A stretch of DNA of 64,000 nt from Lytechinus pictus (taxonomy: Eukaryota), in NCBI RefSeq assembly GCF_037042905.1, contig NC_087252.1, positions 9,550,001 through 9,614,000 of the forward strand, in the 5' to 3' direction. Each line of letters begins with the position of its first letter. The stretch's first letter is position 1. This document shows, piece by piece, positions 61,457-64,000 of this stretch. Below the pieces are notes generated by a model. The model was not told the DNA's origin, made no database searches, and saw only the letters and a program-made list of their open reading frames with translations. Position numbers and translations under genes: made by a program.

Positions 61457-64000
61457 GGGTTAGTGGCTAGGGCGACCCCGATCCGATTGACCGTCAGATA
61501 GACAGATTTTCGACACTATACCAATTATAATTTCCTTTGTCGGGTGTTGCCAAAGCTGTTGTACATATATAATTTCACATATATATATATTTTTTTTTAG
61601 TCGGATTACGTTGAATGAAGTTCACGTGATCAGAGCTCTTTTAATTCGATGCTAGTTTGCATGACTGTTAGTATAGGAGAATAACAACCCATTGTTACCT
61701 ATCGGTGGATCTCACTATCACTATTGGACTAGGGGATGGTTCCAATTGTTCTTCCCGATAAATTTTCTATCAGACAATAAAGTAGAAATAAAAAAAAGGT
61801 CACCCCCAACTATTTTAGGGCCTACATACTTTTCTATCCTTTTTTTCTAAAGCACAAATTTCTTCCTTTGGGATTAAGTGATGAAGCAAAAACATTGTAT
61901 CGTTTTTTAAAAGGCTCAAGACCCGGAAAAATCACGTATTATTTACATTTTGATTAACCACAGTGCATGCTAGCACTGGTTTAATTAAAACAAAAACTGA
62001 TACAAAGAACCTTTCATATTTGCATTGTGTCAAATGAATACAGATCATAATTCAGGACTTTGAGAAGTTGCAAATAATTTGCTGACAGCAAAGTATCAGT
62101 TAATTATTTGCAAATTACTCATCCTCTTTTTATTTAGTGTCAGATAGAAGAGTGGTATTAAAGTGTGATGTATTGGATACTGCGAAAGTGATCAAGTGCA
62201 GGGCAAATATTTTTCAAAAAGCCTATATACATGCTTCGGCAATTAGCCATACTCGGTGATCTTCTCTTGCGTATTAGCATTATTGTATAATATGTCATTT
62301 CGAACCAAATATGTAAGACTATTGAAAGCAAAGCTTTGAGATATTCACCAAGTTGTTATTTTTTTTTTAATAAAAAAACAAATATTTGTTTGGGAGGAGG
62401 GGGGGGGGGGCGTTAAGGCGGTAACATTTGTTAAATTTAGAGCGGGGAGGGGATGGGACTTTCGCCACATTGTTAAAATAAAACATTGGGTACAATTTTA
62501 ACCAGCATGATGGTAATGTGTCAAATCAATTTTGGGCAGTATTTTACCCAATGCGGGAAGCACATTGTCCAGTAAGGTTGAAAAGATAAGTAGCAATAAA
62601 GGCACAATTTACATCACACTGGATAAATAAATGTTAAAATGCCCCAAAGAAATGCCTAATGTTGGTTGGACACAATTACTATAATACCCTCATGAAGCAT
62701 TTTTTACCCAATATTTCTTAAAGTTTACATACGTACCACAAAGCATAGGCCTATCAAGCTTCCTTCAATTAAAGGCAATGGTGGTAATGGGCACCAAATT
62801 AAAGGGGGTAAAAATTGGCGCGCGGGGCGAAATTTCTATTGAAAAGCTGCGAGAGAGAAGCGAGTAAGAAATGTTGATTTAGATTAATCTATTTTTTCTT
62901 TAGAGTCTGATATGTTATTCAGACCATAATAAAACTTTTTTTTTCTTTTTAGCTTAGTTTCCTTTCTTCTCTCTCTCTCTCTCTCTCTTTATCTTGGTCG
63001 TGGAAACCTTTTGGGACCAATGCCCCTAAGCCCCATCTGCACGGCAGTGATCATATGCCTATGTCACACAGTTGCGACTCCTTAAAAAAGAGATGCTTTG
63101 ACAGCTTGACCAGGGTGCAGGGTTTTAAAAGGTTCCCCCAATGGTGTATTTTTTAAGAGAGAGGGATGCTACTGGTCACTACAGAGGAAAGGATCGGAGG
63201 GCTTCGGCATCCCCCACCAAAAATTCCACCACCCAGAAAAAAATGAAATTGGAAGGGTAAAAGTGTGTGAAATATTACATTATTTTAAGAATATTGGAAT
63301 ATATCATTAAAAAATTATTTTGAAATAAGTCATGTTTTAACCTCTTTAATTTGTATGTGTGTGTGTGTTGGGGGGGGGGGGGTGAGTTACCACATCACTG
63401 CTGGTTTTGTTGCTCTTGGTATGAAATTACATTTAAAAATAATACAGCAACACCACTATGTCATCAGTTCGTGTTTTAAATTAATGACGTATGGTATGAC
63501 CAATCGATCGAGATTCACCGGACACTCAAGGATAACATAATCTCCAACGACCCTGCTAATTTAAAAGCAACATTACTCTAGAAGATATGCTTGATCATAC
63601 TTGTGAAGACACGGATGCAATATTTATCTTCTTTGGCACCATGCAGGCCATTCTAATTGCTCCTTGAGACATCAACTTGGCGAAAAAAAGAACATCTCTC
63701 TGCGAATTCTAATTGAAGTTCATGCGTCGTGTCTCTTTTTGAGTGCAGAGCTAAGCTCATCTGTAATGAATCTCTCTACGATTACGTGTTCCTCGACGTA
63801 ATTCACCAATCATTGATAATCCAAGTAATATACATAAAGGTGAAGTTCCTACCTCAGCAATCAACGTCCATCTCGGTTACACTTGTTTTTGGGGCAACCT
63901 TATACATCAGAAGTGGCCGAGAGACTTTGCAATTTAAATTAAAAATGGAAATCCATCCTGATCACTTTATCTCCTGTAGGGCTGGTGTTGGTTTACTCCC

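Noticed and set aside
63480..64000. Higher-complexity sequence at the window end that might be coding or UTR
   Set aside because: The frames I translated contain stops and no recognisable motif; cannot be supported.

Overview
AT-rich, repeat-dense eukaryotic genomic DNA, most likely a marine invertebrate; repeat architecture suggests a sea urchin (inference). Two multi-exon genes lie on the minus strand. One is a PR/SET-domain, 12x C2H2 zinc-finger (PRDM-type) gene, CDS 16041->2188 in 4 coding exons, ~899 aa. The other is a UBASH3/STS-family gene (UBA-2H phosphoesterase-SH3-histidine phosphatase), CDS 60387->29125 in 12 coding exons, 650 aa, all splice phases consistent. Introns and intergenic DNA carry many nested mobile elements: an 8.3-kb foldback (TU-like) element with an 8-bp TSD that contains a near-intact CR1/L2-group LINE and a Penelope-like fragment; about 14 TTAA-flanked Kolobok-like MITEs; hAT-, piggyBac- and Harbinger-like MITEs; Helentron-like satellite carriers; and a tRNA-SINE whose 3' tail matches the LINE. 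The most notable unannotated signals are two unrelated inverted-repeat elements each carrying a pair of outward-facing hammerhead ribozymes, a tRNA-like cloverleaf with a UCA anticodon inside a (TA)n-embedded element, recurrent TA->TACATGTA micro-insertions, a ~1-kb palindrome with more identical outer than inner arms, and decayed exon duplicates. All calls were made by eye with no database searches.
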